From assembly GCA_963843795.1 (NCBI GenBank), contig CAWJLW010000006.1, positions 1,550,001 through 1,614,000 of the forward strand: a stretch of 64,000 nucleotides of DNA, given 5' to 3'. The position numbers were made by a program, and so were the translations under genes. Positions 10,146 to 19,445 of this stretch are shown piece after piece. How positions within the stretch are numbered: the first letter of the stretch is position 1; every line of letters begins with the position of its first letter. The notes under the pieces were generated by a model. It was not told the origin of the DNA. It did not search any database and worked only from the letters and a program-made list of their open reading frames with translations. Origin of the DNA: an uncultured bacterium. Its GTDB lineage: Bacteria; Armatimonadota; Abditibacteriia; Abditibacteriales; Abditibacteriaceae.

Positions 10146-10550
10146 ATGCTGGACGACAATGAATTTGAGCCGCAATGGTTGAAAGTGGGCGTCGCCGCCG
10201 AACTGGCCAAACGCTACGGAGAAGAAGGTCACGATTTCATGAACGGCCTGGCCCTGATGCTCGAAGGCGCATTGCCCGAGGCCACGCAAATCGAGCGTAG
10301 CGGCAATTGGTTTGGCCCCAAGAAATTGCAGCGCATCATTATTACTTTGAATGATATTCGCTATGTTTTAGCGACTGGCGAACACGGGGCGTTGCAAGCG
10401 ACCTGCACACACATCGTGCGCGGCATCGCTTTGAAAACTGAAACATTTTCGGTTCCCGAGTGGTTGGAACTGCTGGGTGCGGCCTTGCAGGAACGCGCAC
10501 AAACTCACCGCGTCACACGCGAAGCTCTGGCCAACTGGGTCGAAATTTAA
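10146..10550 (+). CDS. Hypothetical protein, first gene of the YbjQ module
   Basis: AAGGGAG RBS; TATAAT at about 10117; 13 nt from the next gene. Confidence 0.75.
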   Translation: MLDDNEFEPQWLKVGVAAELAKRYGEEGHDFMNGLALMLEGALPEATQIERSGNWFGPKKLQRIIITLNDIRYVLATGEHGALQATCTHIVRGIALKTETFSVPEWLELLGAALQERAQTHRVTREALANWVEI

Positions 10551-10563
10551 TTTCTCAACTCTT

Positions 10564-11616
10564 ATGGGACTCTTCGATTTTTTGGGTGCCGCAGACGATG
10601 AACAGTCGCGCCAGATGCAGGAACGGCAGGAGGCCAGCGCGCGCCAAATCGAAGCGGGCGGTTTGCCTTTAAATGCCGTCGAGCGCTTGCAGGAAAACGC
10701 CGCGCGCCAGAATACGCCCGAACATTTATGGACGAGCGATCTCAGTGTCAGCGAACTACTTTTGGTCGAGCAAGCGGGCTTTCAACCATTAGGGCAGGTG
10801 ATGGGCAGCAGCGTTTATCACGTTGGTATTCAGTGGCGCAGTGCGACGTGGAGCAACTCTTACTGGCGCACTGGCGGCGTTTCCCAAGAACTCGAAACTT
10901 TGACGCAAGCGTTTTATAACGCGCGCCATTTGGCCTTGAATCGTTTGGCGCAGGAAGCCGCTTTGTTGGGCGCAACTGCGGTGACCGGCGTGCGTTTGAA
11001 GCATGAGAAAACCGGTTGGGGCGGCGGAATGCTGGAATTTTCGGCCATCGGCACCGCGATTCGTGAAGATGATATAAAAGTGAATAATGACTCGCACGCT
11101 CCGCCGTTGCTGCGTCCCGGCAGCACAGCGCAAAGCAGTTCGAGCACCACGCCGAGCTTATGTCTGAGCGATTTATCGGCGCAGGATTTTTGGAAATTGC
11201 GCGCAGCGGGCTTTCGACCGGTTGGCATCGCGGTCGGCAACTGCACCTATTACACAATTCCCAGTTGGAATACGCAAAACATTACCAACGGCGGATTTTT
11301 TAACAGCGGCTCGTGGCAAAATGTCGAACTGCCCGATTACACGCAGGCTTTGTATGCGGCGCGCGAGCTGGCGATGGGACGCATGGAGAATGAAGCACGA
11401 ACGGTCGGTGCGCGTGGCGTGGTCGGTGTTACGGTCGATATGGATGCCGAAGTTCAGGAAACTGAAGTCAATAATCGCACGCGCGTCGATATGCTGTTTC
11501 ATTTCACAGCTATCGGAACCTCCATCGCACCCTTTACGAGAGCCACGCCACTGGCTATCAATTTGAATCTGTCGTTGCGACGTGGCGTTTCAAGCGACGC
11601 ACTCGATTTGAAATAA
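10564..11616 (+). CDS. Tandem YbjQ/UPF0145 (putative heavy-metal-binding) domain protein
   Basis: Two repeats of SDLS...G..P.G...G / AR.LA..R...EA...GA..V.GV / F.AIGT.I. Confidence 0.85.
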   Translation: MGLFDFLGAADDEQSRQMQERQEASARQIEAGGLPLNAVERLQENAARQNTPEHLWTSDLSVSELLLVEQAGFQPLGQVMGSSVYHVGIQWRSATWSNSYWRTGGVSQELETLTQAFYNARHLALNRLAQEAALLGATAVTGVRLKHEKTGWGGGMLEFSAIGTAIREDDIKVNNDSHAPPLLRPGSTAQSSSSTTPSLCLSDLSAQDFWKLRAAGFRPVGIAVGNCTYYTIPSWNTQNITNGGFFNSGSWQNVELPDYTQALYAARELAMGRMENEARTVGARGVVGVTVDMDAEVQETEVNNRTRVDMLFHFTAIGTSIAPFTRATPLAINLNLSLRRGVSSDALDLK

Positions 11617-11636
11617 CGTATTTCCCAAGAGAATTT

Positions 11637-12455
11637 ATGACTTATACACCCGGTTCTAGCGAAGGTTTGCCCCAATCGGCGCAACAGCGTTTGCAAGCAA
11701 TGCGCGGCAGTTCAACGCAGCGCGGTTTATTTACTTCAGACTTATCGGTGAATGAATTTTTGTTGGTGCGCGAGGCCGGTTTCGATCCTCTGGGTTTAGT
11801 AATGGGCAGCTCGATTTATCATATCGGCTTTCAATTTTCCAACTTCTTCAAAAATCAGGAAATGGAAGTATTGACACAGGCGATGTATCACGCCCGTGAA
11901 CTCGCGATGACGCGCATGGAAGAAGAAGCGGATTTGCTGGGCGCCGATGGCGTCGTTGGTGTGCGCCTGACTGTAAATCGTTATGCGTGGGGCGAGCATC
12001 TGGCCGAATTTATGGCGATTGGCACCGCGATCAAACATCGCACCGGCGAGCCGTATCGCACTGTCGATAACCGGCCATTCACTTCCGATTTGAATGGGCA
12101 AGATTTCTGGACGTTGCTGCGCGCCGGCTATCGTCCAGTTTCCATGGTAATGGGAACTTGCGTATATCACGTCGCGCATCAGGGCATGATGCAATCGCTG
12201 GGTCAAATGGGTCGTAACGTCGAAATGCCTAATTATACGCAAGCGCTTTATGACGCGCGCGAACTTTCGTTATCGCGTATGCAGGCCGAAGCGGAAAGCG
12301 CGCAGGCCGAAGGCATCGTGGGCGCGCAAGTAAAGGAATCGAGTCACGGCTGGGGCAGTCACGTCGTCGAATATTTCGCCATCGGCACAGCGATTTCAGC
12401 GATTTCCGACGATCATTCGATTCCCACGCCCACGCTCACATTGCCGCTGGGTTAA
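11637..12455 (+). CDS. Tandem YbjQ/UPF0145 domain protein, paralog of the upstream gene
   Basis: FTSDLSVNEFLLV, ARELAMTRMEEEADLLGADGVVGV, FMAIGTAI, repeated twice. Confidence 0.88.
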   Translation: MTYTPGSSEGLPQSAQQRLQAMRGSSTQRGLFTSDLSVNEFLLVREAGFDPLGLVMGSSIYHIGFQFSNFFKNQEMEVLTQAMYHARELAMTRMEEEADLLGADGVVGVRLTVNRYAWGEHLAEFMAIGTAIKHRTGEPYRTVDNRPFTSDLNGQDFWTLLRAGYRPVSMVMGTCVYHVAHQGMMQSLGQMGRNVEMPNYTQALYDARELSLSRMQAEAESAQAEGIVGAQVKESSHGWGSHVVEYFAIGTAISAISDDHSIPTPTLTLPLG

Positions 12456-12533
12456 CGCAAGTTTTCACAGGAAATTCTCAGCCTAAAATTTTTCATTGAG
12501 GCAAGCAGCGAATAATTTGAATCGCAAAGAACT

Positions 12534-12563
12534 AAATGCCCCGCAAGTACTTGCGGGGCATTT
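12534..12563. terminator. 30-bp perfect palindrome centred on GCAAGTACTTGC
   Basis: AAATGCCCCGCAAGT|ACTTGCGGGGCATTT followed by T. Confidence 0.75.
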
Positions 12564-12625
12564 TCTGTCGCTTGTTACACTGCGAAGTTCTTAAAATTCT
12601 CATACAAGTACTTGGAGTGTGTGTT

Positions 12626-13984
12626 GTGGCTTTGAAAATGGAAGATATTGTCTCGCTGTGCAAGCGGCGTGGTTTCGTATTTCAGTCGAGCGAAATTTAT
12701 GGTGGCTTCGCCAGTTGTTGGGATTATGGCCCGCTGGGTGTTGAACTCAAACGCAACGTGAAAGACGCGTGGTGGCAAAGCGTTGTCCACGAGCGCGACG
12801 ATATGGTCGGTCTGGATTCGAGCATTTTGATGCACCCCAAAATCTGGGAAGCCAGCGGCCACATCGCCACTTTTAACGATCCATTGGTTGATTGCAAAAC
12901 CTGTAAAGGCCGTTTTCGCGCCGATCATCTGGGCACCACGCAGTGTCCGCTCAAGCCTTCGAAATTGGCGGGCGAAGCCGAGCAATGTGAGCTAACCGAA
13001 GCGCGTTTGTTCAACTTGATGTTCAAAACTCACGTCGGGCCGGTCGAGCGCGACGACGATTCCAACGTCGCGTATTTGCGGCCCGAAACTGCGCAGGGCA
13101 TCTTCGTCAACTTTCCCAACGTGGTGAATTCTTCGCGCAAAAAGCTGCCCTTTGGCATTGCCCAAATTGGCAAAGCGTTTCGCAACGAAATCACGCCCGG
13201 CAATTTCACGTTTCGCACGCGCGAATTCGAGCAGATGGAAATCGAGTATTTCTGCCGCCCTGAAGACGCCCCGCGCTTGCATGAAGAGTGGATTCAGGCG
13301 CGCTACAACTGGTATTTGAATCTGGGTATGACGCAGGCGAACTTGAGCTTGCGTCCGCACGACAAAGACGAATTGGCGCACTACGCTCAAAGCGCGGAAT
13401 CGACGGGCACGACCGACATTGAATATCAGTTTCCGTTTATGGAAGAGCCGGCGGAGCTGGAAGGCATCGCCAATCGCGCCGACTTCGATTTATCGCAGCA
13501 CGCCAAATTTTCGGGCCAGAAAACGACTTGGTTCGATCAAGAGCGCAACGAACACATCACGCCTTATGTGATCGAACCTTCGGCGGGCGCCGACCGCGCG
13601 ACTTTGGCGTTTCTGGTCGATGCCTATCACGAGGAAGAAGTCAAACCCGGCGACACGCGCGTGGTTTTGAAGCTGCATCCCAAACTTGCGCCGACCAAAG
13701 TCGCGATTTTGCCCTTGTTGAAAAAGCGCGACGACATTGTTCAAATCGGGCGCGAACTGACCGCTGATTTGCGTCGCAAGACTGTCGCGGTTTACGACGA
13801 TACGGCGGGCATCGGCAAATTGTATCGCCGTCAGGATGAAGTTGGCACGCCCTATTGCATCACGGTTGACGTCGATACGATTACCGACCGCGCAGTCACA
13901 ATTCGTGACCGCGACACGATGGCTCAAGAGCGTGTGAGTTTGGATCAAATTAAGAACTACGTGTTAGATAAATTGGACGTTTGA
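12626..13984 (+). CDS. glyQS: Glycine--tRNA ligase, alpha2 dimeric type
   Basis: LCKRRGFVFQSSEIYGG, YLRPETAQGIF, FRNEITPGNFTFRTREFEQME, IGKLYRRQDEVGTP; GTG start after GGAG. Confidence 0.96.
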   Translation: MALKMEDIVSLCKRRGFVFQSSEIYGGFASCWDYGPLGVELKRNVKDAWWQSVVHERDDMVGLDSSILMHPKIWEASGHIATFNDPLVDCKTCKGRFRADHLGTTQCPLKPSKLAGEAEQCELTEARLFNLMFKTHVGPVERDDDSNVAYLRPETAQGIFVNFPNVVNSSRKKLPFGIAQIGKAFRNEITPGNFTFRTREFEQMEIEYFCRPEDAPRLHEEWIQARYNWYLNLGMTQANLSLRPHDKDELAHYAQSAESTGTTDIEYQFPFMEEPAELEGIANRADFDLSQHAKFSGQKTTWFDQERNEHITPYVIEPSAGADRATLAFLVDAYHEEEVKPGDTRVVLKLHPKLAPTKVAILPLLKKRDDIVQIGRELTADLRRKTVAVYDDTAGIGKLYRRQDEVGTPYCITVDVDTITDRAVTIRDRDTMAQERVSLDQIKNYVLDKLDV

Positions 13985-13994
13985 AAAAGTTGTC

Positions 13995-14032
13995 CACACA
14001 AGGCTCTGCAAGTACTTGCAGAGCCTTGTGTG
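13995..14032. terminator. 38-bp perfect palindrome centred on GCAAGTACTTGC
   Basis: CACACAAGGCTCTGCAAGT|ACTTGCAGAGCCTTGTGTG right after the glyQS stop. Confidence 0.7.
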
Positions 14033-14081
14033 TGGATTTGAAGTGTGGTGAAGGTTCTCAATTTGCTGTAAGTGACGGTTT

Positions 14082-15080
14082 GTGAATAATTCCAATCCAG
14101 CACCGAAAATTCCTATCATTCCTTTGCGCGATCAATCTCCCGCCGCCGCTTCCAACGATGAAGCCAATGTGCCACAGTTACCGCAGCCGATTTCGCTTTT
14201 GATTAACGCGAATTCGCGCCGTGGCAAAGAAGCTTTCGACGATGCGATCGCGGCCTTAAAAAAAGCGCGTATACCCTTGAAGCGCGCAGTCGCTGTTAGC
14301 GATAAGGATGAAACCGCGCAACTATTGCGCGAAGAAGTCGAGGACGGCGCCCGATTGGTAATTGTTGGCGGCGGCGATGGCACGCTTTCCTACTGCGCCG
14401 AACTGCTGGCCGGAACCCAAACCGCGATGGCCGTATTGCCACTGGGCACTGGCAATACCTGGGCGCGCTCACTGGGTTTGCCGATTGATCTGGCAAAGGC
14501 TGCCGAAGTCATCGCCAAGGGCCACATCGAAAACAGCGATGTCGGACGCGTGAATGGACACGTTTTTCTCAATTCTGTCGCGCTGGGTTTGTCGTGCGAA
14601 ATCGCGCAATCGCTGGATAAAAAAACTAAAAGCAAGTTGGGTTTAATGGCGTGGCCCGTTGTTGGAGCCCGCGTTTTATGGAAGCACAAACCACTGCAAA
14701 TTGAAGTCATTTCCAGCGAACGCACTTATCGCGTGCGCACGCACCAAATTCTGATCGTGAATGGACGATATGTCGCTGGCCCAATTACCGCCGCGCCCGA
14801 TGCGTCGATTCAAGACGCCACGCTGGATGTTTTTACGCTGGGTGGCGCAAAATTTCGCAGTTTGATTAAAACTTCGTGGAAATGGATGCGCGGCCAGCAC
14901 TTGCAAGATGCGCAAACCAAATTTTTCAGCACACAGCGCGTCCAAATTCGTTCGATGCGCAAGCCGATTGATGTCGCAGTCGATGGCGAAATCGAGTTTC
15001 AAACTCCGCTCGATATCGACGTATGGCCCGGTGCGCTCAAAGTCGTTGTGCCACGTGGCTTTGAAGCCCAAAAAGCGTGA
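14082..15080 (+). CDS. Diacylglycerol/lipid kinase family protein (YegS/DAGK)
   Basis: GGGDGT, LPLGTGN, NGRYVAG, VDGE. Confidence 0.92.
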   Translation: MNNSNPAPKIPIIPLRDQSPAAASNDEANVPQLPQPISLLINANSRRGKEAFDDAIAALKKARIPLKRAVAVSDKDETAQLLREEVEDGARLVIVGGGDGTLSYCAELLAGTQTAMAVLPLGTGNTWARSLGLPIDLAKAAEVIAKGHIENSDVGRVNGHVFLNSVALGLSCEIAQSLDKKTKSKLGLMAWPVVGARVLWKHKPLQIEVISSERTYRVRTHQILIVNGRYVAGPITAAPDASIQDATLDVFTLGGAKFRSLIKTSWKWMRGQHLQDAQTKFFSTQRVQIRSMRKPIDVAVDGEIEFQTPLDIDVWPGALKVVVPRGFEAQKA

Positions 15081-15087
15081 ATATCAA

Positions 15088-15133
15088 AAATCAAAAGCGC
15101 GCGTGCAAGTACTTGCACGCGCGCTTTTGATTT
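15088..15133. terminator. 46-bp perfect palindrome centred on GCAAGTACTTGC
   Basis: AAATCAAAAGCGCGCGTGCAAGT|ACTTGCACGCGCGCTTTTGATTT between convergent genes. Confidence 0.85.
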
Positions 15134-15144
15134 CAAAGCAATTT

Positions 15145-16698
15145 TCATTGCACAATTTCCACACGATTGCGACCGTTTTGCTTGGCGAGATACAGCGCCC
15201 TATCGGCGTGGTCGAGCAAAGTTCCAGCATCTTGCGTTTGCGGCGTGCGCGTGGCGACGCCGATGCTTACCGTGAGATCGCGACGCGGCCAAGCGGCATT
15301 TTCGATAACTTGGCGAAAACGTTCAGCAAATATGCGCGCGCCCGCTGCATCGGCATCGGGCAAGATTACCGAAAATTCTTCGCCGCCGTATCGCGATACA
15401 ATATCAACAGTTCGCGCCGTCTGGCGCAACAACTGCGCTAATTGCTGCAAAGCCTGATCGCCGGCGGGATGGCCAAATGAATCGTTGTAGGCTTTGAAAT
15501 GATCGACATCAATCATCAGCAACGAAAGCGGCGCTTTTAATCGCGCGGAACGTTCCCATTCAATGCGTAAACATGCGACAAACGACCGGCGATTATGAGC
15601 ACCGGTTAATTCATCAGTCGTGGAAAGCTCATGCAGGATTGCGTTACGGGCTTCCAATTGACCGCGTATTTCTTCGAGTTTTTGTTCGTAATGTTTGCTT
15701 TCGCTGACATCGACAGCAATGCTGCCTATTGAGCGTTGGGTGTTCCACAGCAGAGAAAATTTATAAACCTGCCAGTAAACTTGACTACCATCAAGCGCCT
15801 GTGTGGTTTCCAAAGTAACACTACTGCGACCAGTCGCCATCACCTTTTGCTCGGAGGCACGAATGCGCTCAACGACCTCGGGCGACCATAGTTCGGTGTC
15901 GTAATGACCAACGACCTGTTCAGAAGTCAAGTTAAAGCGCTTTAGAAAAGGCACATTGGCGAACTCGTAGCAGCCATCCTCACTTTTTATGTAAGCCAGC
16001 ATCGGCGTGTTATCGGCAAAAACGCGGAACAACTGTTGAGTTTCGTCCATCTCGCGCATTCGCACCCGCAATTCGAGCTGTGTCATGACCTGACGCGATA
16101 ACGCTTGTAAAGCCTTCAACTGCTGTGCGCTGAGCTCGCGCGGCTCGCGGTCGATCACACACACGGTGCCTAACGCCTGACCTTCCGGGGTCACAAGGGG
16201 CGCGCCGGCGTAGAAACGAATATTGGGATCGCCCACCACCAGCGGATTACGGACAAACCGCTCGTCCTGAGTTGCATCGGGCACCACAAAAGTGTCGGGC
16301 ATGGCAATCGCGTGTGCACAAAACGCGTGTTCGCGTTTGGTCTCGCTCAGGGGCATACCCTTGCGCGCTTTGAACCACTGGCGATCATTGTCGATGAATG
16401 TCACCATCGCAATCGGCACCTGACAAATCTGCGATGCCAGAAATACGACATCCTCGTAAGCCTGTTCCGGCAGGGTGTCCAAAATCGCGTAGCGCTTTAA
16501 GGCGCGCAATCGTTGGGCTTCGTTGCTCAAAATCGGCACACCCGCAGCTTCGGTGTTCTGCGAAAACTCGCCGGATGAAACTTTAGTATCAGAGTCCGTT
16601 CGCAACTGATTTTCGGGACGCGCATGGCCATTTTGCCGACGGCTGTTAACATCCTGATCGGAATCTTCTTGATCGAAACGAGTAGGAAATATATTCAT
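15145..16698 (-). CDS. GAF-PAS-GGDEF diguanylate cyclase
   Basis: GAF (RFYAGAPL), PAS, DVDHFKAYNDSFGHPAGD, RYGGEEF. Confidence 0.93.
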   Translation of the reverse strand: MNIFPTRFDQEDSDQDVNSRRQNGHARPENQLRTDSDTKVSSGEFSQNTEAAGVPILSNEAQRLRALKRYAILDTLPEQAYEDVVFLASQICQVPIAMVTFIDNDRQWFKARKGMPLSETKREHAFCAHAIAMPDTFVVPDATQDERFVRNPLVVGDPNIRFYAGAPLVTPEGQALGTVCVIDREPRELSAQQLKALQALSRQVMTQLELRVRMREMDETQQLFRVFADNTPMLAYIKSEDGCYEFANVPFLKRFNLTSEQVVGHYDTELWSPEVVERIRASEQKVMATGRSSVTLETTQALDGSQVYWQVYKFSLLWNTQRSIGSIAVDVSESKHYEQKLEEIRGQLEARNAILHELSTTDELTGAHNRRSFVACLRIEWERSARLKAPLSLLMIDVDHFKAYNDSFGHPAGDQALQQLAQLLRQTARTVDIVSRYGGEEFSVILPDADAAGARIFAERFRQVIENAAWPRRDLTVSIGVATRTPQTQDAGTLLDHADRALYLAKQNGRNRVEIVQ

Positions 16699-17026
16699 AA
16701 AGTTCTGCGCCGGTAATATTGCAAGTACTTGCGTGCCATTGTAATGAATTGAGCGAATACGGAAACAACCGAAGCCCAAAATCCTAACCGGCACAAACAA
16801 TATCGGCGACTATAGTTGATCGCGCAGCCAGAGCGAACATCTTCTGCGTTAGAATAAATGGACTTGTCGAGATAAGCCACAGAATTTTTTGCAAGAACAA
16901 AATTCTTTCTGCGCGAATCTGTACGCTAAGACAACGATTTTACCATTTAGCGACGCGTCGTAAAGAAATGCAAGTTTAGTCGCCATTTCGCTTTAATTTT
17001 TGACATAACTTTTGATGTAAATTTTT

Positions 17027-17827
17027 ATGGATGCTTTAGTTTTGGCCGGTGGAGAAACGCCACCGGAATTATCGGAAGGTTTGAGTGCCGAGCAAAATTC
17101 GCCCGACCGCGCTCTAGTCGCGCTCAACGGTCAACCGTTGCTCGCCTATACCCTGAACGCACTGCAAAATTGCGCGCGCGTCGAGCGCATCGCAGTCGCC
17201 GGCACGCCCGCAGTTTTGCAATATCTGACCGAACATTACCCGCAAGTACTTGCTGTGGAAAGCGGCGATTCGATGGTTGAAAATGCGGTGCGTGGCTGGG
17301 AGCGTCTGCAGGAACAAAGCGGCGCTTCGCACGTAACTTTAATCACCACCAGCGATGTGCCCCTGGTGAGCGGCGCGACTTACGAGGAATTTTTGCGCGG
17401 CTTCGAGGAACAAAACGTCGATGCATCGTATGCGATTGTGACCAAAGAAAGCTGCGAAGCGCAGTTTCCCGGCGGCAGGCGCACTTATGCCAAGTTGAAA
17501 GATGGCACTTACACCGCGGGCAACGCGGTAATTGTGGCGGGCGCTACGGTGAAGAAATTGCAGGGACTTTTCGAGAAGTTTTATCGGGTGCGCAAAAATC
17601 CTCTCGCTATTGCCCGCATTTTGGGCCTGCGTTTCGTGTGGCGTGCGCTGCGCAAACAATTGACGGTGGCCGAACTCGAAGCCTATTTATCGAAATTACT
17701 TAACGGACGTTTTGGCTCTGTTGTGATGAAAGATGCTTCCATCGCCTTCGATGTTGATAAAATCGAAGATTATCGCGTCGCCGCGACAAGAATCCAAAAT
17801 TTGCCAACCCAGCAGGGAGAAAACTAA
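17027..17827 (+). CDS. MobA-like NTP transferase family protein
   Basis: DALVLAGG N-terminus, TSDVPL, FDVDK. Confidence 0.85.
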   Translation: MDALVLAGGETPPELSEGLSAEQNSPDRALVALNGQPLLAYTLNALQNCARVERIAVAGTPAVLQYLTEHYPQVLAVESGDSMVENAVRGWERLQEQSGASHVTLITTSDVPLVSGATYEEFLRGFEEQNVDASYAIVTKESCEAQFPGGRRTYAKLKDGTYTAGNAVIVAGATVKKLQGLFEKFYRVRKNPLAIARILGLRFVWRALRKQLTVAELEAYLSKLLNGRFGSVVMKDASIAFDVDKIEDYRVAATRIQNLPTQQGEN

Positions 17828-18258
17828 TGAAACAAGTCATCGCCACTGTCGAAGCACCGCCCGCTATCGGGCCTTACGCACAGGGAATTCGCGCCGGAGA
17901 AACCATTTACGTTTCGGGCCAACTGCCCATGGATCCCAAGACCCGCAAAATTATTGACGGCGATATCGCTGCCCAGACCGAACAAGTTCTGATTAATATT
18001 CGCGCCATCGTGGAAGAAGGCGGCGGTACCATGGACGACATCGTGCGCATCGGAATTTATCTGACCAATCTTGACGATTTCGAGGAAGTCAACCGCGTGT
18101 ATACGATGTTTTTCCCCACTATCGACAACGCACTGACCGAAACTTTGCCGCCCGCGCGCTCGACTGTCGAAGTCTCGCGCCTGCCGCGCGATGCGCAAAT
18201 CGAAATGGACGCCATCGCCGTCATTACACCCGGCTATTCCGGCTTCGATGTTTATTAA
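17827..18258 (+). CDS. RidA/YjgF/UK114 family enamine deaminase
   Basis: APPAIGPYAQG, VSGQLP, PARSTVEVSRLP; TAATG overlap with the previous gene. Confidence 0.92.
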   Translation: MKQVIATVEAPPAIGPYAQGIRAGETIYVSGQLPMDPKTRKIIDGDIAAQTEQVLINIRAIVEEGGGTMDDIVRIGIYLTNLDDFEEVNRVYTMFFPTIDNALTETLPPARSTVEVSRLPRDAQIEMDAIAVITPGYSGFDVY

Positions 18259-18261
18259 AGA

Positions 18262-18323
18262 CCCTAAAAAGAGAAAAGCCGTCCCTGCAAGTACTTGCAG
18301 GGACGGCTTTTCTCTTTTTAGGG
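18262..18323. terminator. 62-bp perfect loop-less palindrome centred on GCAAGTACTTGC
   Basis: CCCTAAAAAGAGAAAAGCCGTCCCTGCAAGT|ACTTGCAGGGACGGCTTTTCTCTTTTTAGGG fills almost the whole convergent intergenic gap. Confidence 0.88.
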
Positions 18324-18330
18324 AGCGCTT

Positions 18331-18777
18331 TCAATCCGGTTGCACCCAACTGCCTACAATGGGATAGCGAAAATCTTCGCCATTGAAAGTTTTGATGCCA
18401 CCGACAATTCCCAAAATCGCTGCCACAACATGCAGCAAACCTACAATCGGCACGATAATGAGCCAGCCAACTCCTAAAGTCGCAAAGCCCAAAATAAAGC
18501 CCAGCGCAACCGCCAGCCATTCGGCGACGGTGATCGCCAGATGATAAATGAACGCTTGCTTGCCTTGAAACGCGGCGAATGGAGTTTTGCCATTGCGACT
18601 AATCAGCCAGATAATCAGCGGCACAACCCAGCCGAACTGAGGCAATAAAATCGATAGATGCGATAAGCCCGCCATGACTTTTTCATCGCTACCCGGCCCG
18701 AATTGCGGCCCGCCATCGGGCGAGCCACTTTGCGTTGGCAACGATGAGGGAGAATACGGAGAACGTGGTGGTTGCAT
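18331..18777 (-). CDS. DUF4870 (Tic20-like) membrane protein
   Basis: LSHLS...VPLIIWL...FQGKQA...GEDFRYP pattern. Confidence 0.85.
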   Translation of the reverse strand: MQPPRSPYSPSSLPTQSGSPDGGPQFGPGSDEKVMAGLSHLSILLPQFGWVVPLIIWLISRNGKTPFAAFQGKQAFIYHLAITVAEWLAVALGFILGFATLGVGWLIIVPIVGLLHVVAAILGIVGGIKTFNGEDFRYPIVGSWVQPD

Positions 18778-18854
18778 GAAAATTCCTTGAAATCACTTTC
18801 AACAATTGTAAGTCTGGATGCAAGTACTTGCAGGACAATATTTTACGAACCATT

Positions 18855-19436
18855 TTAGCTTGCTGGCTGCGGCGCATTTTGCGGCACCTGCAAAACTGAT
18901 TGACCAGTTTCATCGGGCGGCACGCCAGGCAGCGCGCTGGGGTCAAACGAATTGAACGCGGGACGCACCAGCAAATACAACAACAGATAGCTTAGCAAGA
19001 GCGAAATTCCAAATGCTGCGCCGGCCAGCATCACGCGGCGCGGCCACTCGCGCGCCAGAAGCATCAGCAACGTACAACCCAACACAATTGCCAGCGCGCC
19101 CGGCCCAACGATGGTCAGGCCCGCGCGCTCGAAAGCCAGCAAAACAAAACCCAGCACAACATTGCCCACACACCCACCCACAGCGCCGCCCAGTATGTCC
19201 CTTCTCTCGTCGGGAGCGGCTGTGGGATCAGGAGCGGCTGGCTCGGAAAGCAGTGTTGCCGAAGCAAACTTTTGTCTACCGATACGAGGCTTATCGTCGA
19301 AATCGGGTAACAGCGCGCGCTCTTCGGGCGTCAATTCACGGCGCTTTGGCGGAGAAACGGGTTGAGAAAGCGGCGCGTCCGAATCGGGCTGCGATATATT
19401 TTCGGGCTGCAATGAATTTTCAGGTATCGAATTCAT
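18855..19436 (-). CDS. Hypothetical membrane protein (3 TM)
   Basis: Fits the operon spacing; Pro-rich N-terminus followed by hydrophobic segments. Confidence 0.65.
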   Translation of the reverse strand: MNSIPENSLQPENISQPDSDAPLSQPVSPPKRRELTPEERALLPDFDDKPRIGRQKFASATLLSEPAAPDPTAAPDERRDILGGAVGGCVGNVVLGFVLLAFERAGLTIVGPGALAIVLGCTLLMLLAREWPRRVMLAGAAFGISLLLSYLLLYLLVRPAFNSFDPSALPGVPPDETGQSVLQVPQNAPQPAS

Positions 19437-19445
19437 AGATGAGAT

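Noticed and set aside
12536..12625. Long N-terminal extensions in the ORF track (glyQS, and likewise MFS, nadC, mutM, nth-like, rplL, phyH, histidine kinase, purE)
   Set aside because: They come from choosing the most upstream start and mostly run through intergenic palindromes. Family homology begins at downstream starts.
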